64,000 nucleotides of DNA from Candidatus Babeliales bacterium (lineage in GTDB: Bacteria > Babelota > Babeliae > Babelales > JANWKD01), in NCBI GenBank assembly GCA_963762115.1, contig CAVXJH010000007.1:95635-159634 (forward strand), in the 5' to 3' direction. The notes below the pieces were generated by a model. That model made no database searches. It was given only the letters and a program-made list of their open reading frames with translations, and was not told where the DNA came from. Numbering within the stretch: the first letter of the stretch is position 1; every line of letters starts with the position of its first letter. Of this stretch, positions 61,597-64,000 are shown one piece after another. Position numbers and translations under genes: made by a program.

Positions 61597-63205
61597 ATGA
61601 CATCAATGCTCTTAACAATTCTTTTTACCCTTCTCTTTTCCTGTCTTTCGACAGCAATTTTAAGTTATATTTCAATGGCAGTCATGCTTGGCCCGTGGAT
61701 TGATTCAACAATTGTGCTTGGTTCAAGCATGCTTTTTGCACTTTTTGCCCGAAAAATATCACTTTCAACGCGACAACAATCAATTGCTTTAGTGACCATT
61801 GGCGCTTCTATAGGCGGTATTGTTGCAACGGCATGTGGCTTTGCTTTTCCTACCTTATATTTTTTAGATAAAGAACTTTTCAATTCGTGGCTTGCACAGC
61901 CTCTTTATTTCATGTCGGTGATGGGCATTCTTGTTGTATGTGCTGGTGCTTTTGGCTTCTTGCTTGCTAACCTCTTTGAACATCGCTTTATGGTGGTGGA
62001 ACAATTACCTTTTCCCATTGGCGAACTCTCCTATAAAATGATTTCAGCGCAACAAAGTGGCACAAAAGCTAAAGAACTTTCTTTTGGCTTTATCCTCAGC
62101 GCCTTGTATAGCATTGCTGTCAAATACATTCCTGCCATACCAACGACAATCACCGCTTTTCCCGCTTTGTGCTATCAATGGTTCAAACTTCCCGCACTCA
62201 AAATAGCATTAGCTGAATTGCCTATGCTGTGGGCAATAGGCTTTATTGCCGGACACGGCATTGCAATTCCTATTGGCATAGGAATATTGGCAAAAAATCT
62301 CATCTGCAGCCCTGCTCACGCATCATGCTTTGCACATCTTCCATTTTGCGACTTCTAAGTTGCTTTTGCCGGCGGCATGGTCGCTTATGGCACTCTTATT
62401 AGTTTTTTGACCTTACCATCAAGCCTTTAAAGGATTTGGTGGCAAACAAAAAAATAATGAACAAAAAGAAAACCGGATCTTACCCAAAATTGCAATAAAC
62501 GAACTGATACAATGGGCTCTTTTTTTAACAATTACTTACACCTTTTTATCGTATTTTAACTTCAGCATTCTTTCCCAAGTTTATTTGTTACTGTGCACCA
62601 CAGCATGCACGTATCAACTCATTATTATTGGTGGAAAAATTGGCATTGCACCATTAGCACGCTATGCAACATTCGTTATGGTTCCTGGCATGATGCTTTT
62701 TGGATTTAACGCGTTACAAATCACGCTCGTTTCTGCTTTTGTTGAGATTTGTGGCGGTGTTGCTGTTGAAATATTATTTGGCCGAAAAGTTGCTCAATTA
62801 AGCTCATTACCACGTTTAAAAGTCCGCTTATTTCAATGGTTTGGGCTTCTGGTAAGTGCTTTGGCTATTGGCTTTTGCTTTTGGTTATTAATTACCAATC
62901 TAGGTCTTGGCTCGCCACAGCTTCTTGCTCAACGCAGTCAAGGACGAGCATTGTTAGCAATGGTAAAATCATTTGATTTCTTTGCAGTTATTTTAGGAGC
63001 ATTATTTGCTTCTATTCTTAAGGAATTAAAAATTAATGCCATCATGGTTCTTGGTGGTATTTTAATGCCAACTGAGCTAGCATTACCATTAGTATTTGGA
63101 GGATTATCAAGCTTACTGGTGAAAGATAAAGAATCAAACTATCCATTTTGGTCTGGTATTTTTGCTGCCAATTCATTGTGGATGTTTATTAAAATATTAT
63201 TATAA
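61597..63205 (+). pseudogene. OPT/YSL oligopeptide-transporter-like membrane protein, interrupted (TAA at 62356, frameshift near 62425)
   Basis: LPFPIG motif, many TMs, LLAQRSQGRA; reading continues in frame past the first stop and resumes in +1 frame. Confidence 0.65.
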
Positions 63206-63369
63206 TTTTTTAACAAAAAAGATTATAATGCCATAAAAACATGCTCATCAATCATCTAATAAAACTGTTTTCGGTTTTATTAGATTTTACATGCAAAAAG
63301 CATTAAAATGAAAAAAGCAGTGTAATAGAAATATGTTTAATCTTATTTAGTTTTTGACAAGGATTTTCG

Positions 63370-64000
63370 ATGAACATACAACAACCAAAAAGCCTTAGGC
63401 GATACATTGTTGAAGGTAATATTGGTGCGGGTAAATCTACTTTTTTACGCATCATCAGCAATGCCCTTGATGCTCAAATGGTGTATGAACCGCACGAAAA
63501 ATGGCAACAAGTCGGTGGCAGCGAAAATCTCCTTGATAAATTTTATCATGATACAACACGATGGGCTTACACGTTTCAATCATATGCTTTTATTACCAGA
63601 ATTTTAGAATGCGAAGCTGCTACCAAAAGATGTACTCAAGGCGTACAAATTTTAGAACGATCTGTCTATTCAGATCGCTATTGTTTTGCAAAAAACTGCT
63701 TTGAAATGGGCACCATGACGGCACTCGAATGGAAACTGTATCAAGAATGGTTTTTGTGGTTAGTAGAAACATTTGATCAAAAACCAGATGGTTTTATTTA
63801 TTTAAAAACTGATCCTGAAATCTGTTATCAACGAGTAACTAAACGTAAAAGATCAGAAGAAAACACGGTAGCATTAGACTACCTAAAAATGATACACACT
63901 AAACATGAAAATTGGTTGATACATAAAAAAGAAATAGCGCCATTATTGCAAGCAGTGCCCGTTTTAATCTTGGAATGTAATGCTGATATGTATTCGTTCA
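63370..64000 (+). CDS. Deoxynucleoside kinase (dNK/dGK family), 3'-truncated
   Basis: Manual translation MNIQQPKSLRRYIVEGNIGAGKSTF...EP...W...FQ...ERSVYSDRYCF...PDGFIYL...R. Confidence 0.92.
   Translation, partial: MNIQQPKSLRRYIVEGNIGAGKSTFLRIISNALDAQMVYEPHEKWQQVGGSENLLDKFYHDTTRWAYTFQSYAFITRILECEAATKRCTQGVQILERSVYSDRYCFAKNCFEMGTMTALEWKLYQEWFLWLVETFDQKPDGFIYLKTDPEICYQRVTKRKRSEENTVALDYLKMIHTKHENWLIHKKEIAPLLQAVPVLILECNADMYSF

Overview
This is a 64-kb AT-rich bacterial chromosome segment. Gene content and the style of its secreted proteins suggest an intracellular parasite of protists, most likely Ca. Dependentiae/Babelota (TM6); this is an inference and should be confirmed by classifying the 16S. 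The core is housekeeping: hflX, pcrA/uvrD, dps, a cdaA-like/cdaR-like/glmM operon, trpS, a long minus-strand run (tRNAs-rpmG-secE-nusG-rplKAJL-rpoBC-tRNA-Val-rpsO-pnp-rph-holA), tsaE, atpG, murA, tdk, radA, one full rRNA operon, gmk, prfB and a deoxynucleoside kinase. Between these lie many signal-peptide proteins that look like host-directed effectors. Main observations: (1) 11 mostly unrelated secreted proteins have a Met exactly at the predicted +1 position after signal cleavage, often Met-Glu; (2) two of them end in CaaX prenylation boxes (a Skp1/BTB-like + WD40 fusion and an ankyrin-like protein with a polybasic tail); (3) a secreted multi-C2H2 zinc-finger protein carries an NLS-like segment; (4) a four-gene glycosylation/methylation cluster has signal peptides on every enzyme; (5) the CdaA homologue has lost both catalytic motifs; (6) a paralogue cassette is bracketed by a duplicated holA 3' end; (7) RpoB has a Cys-rich insertion. 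The rpoC frameshifts are most probably sequencing errors.
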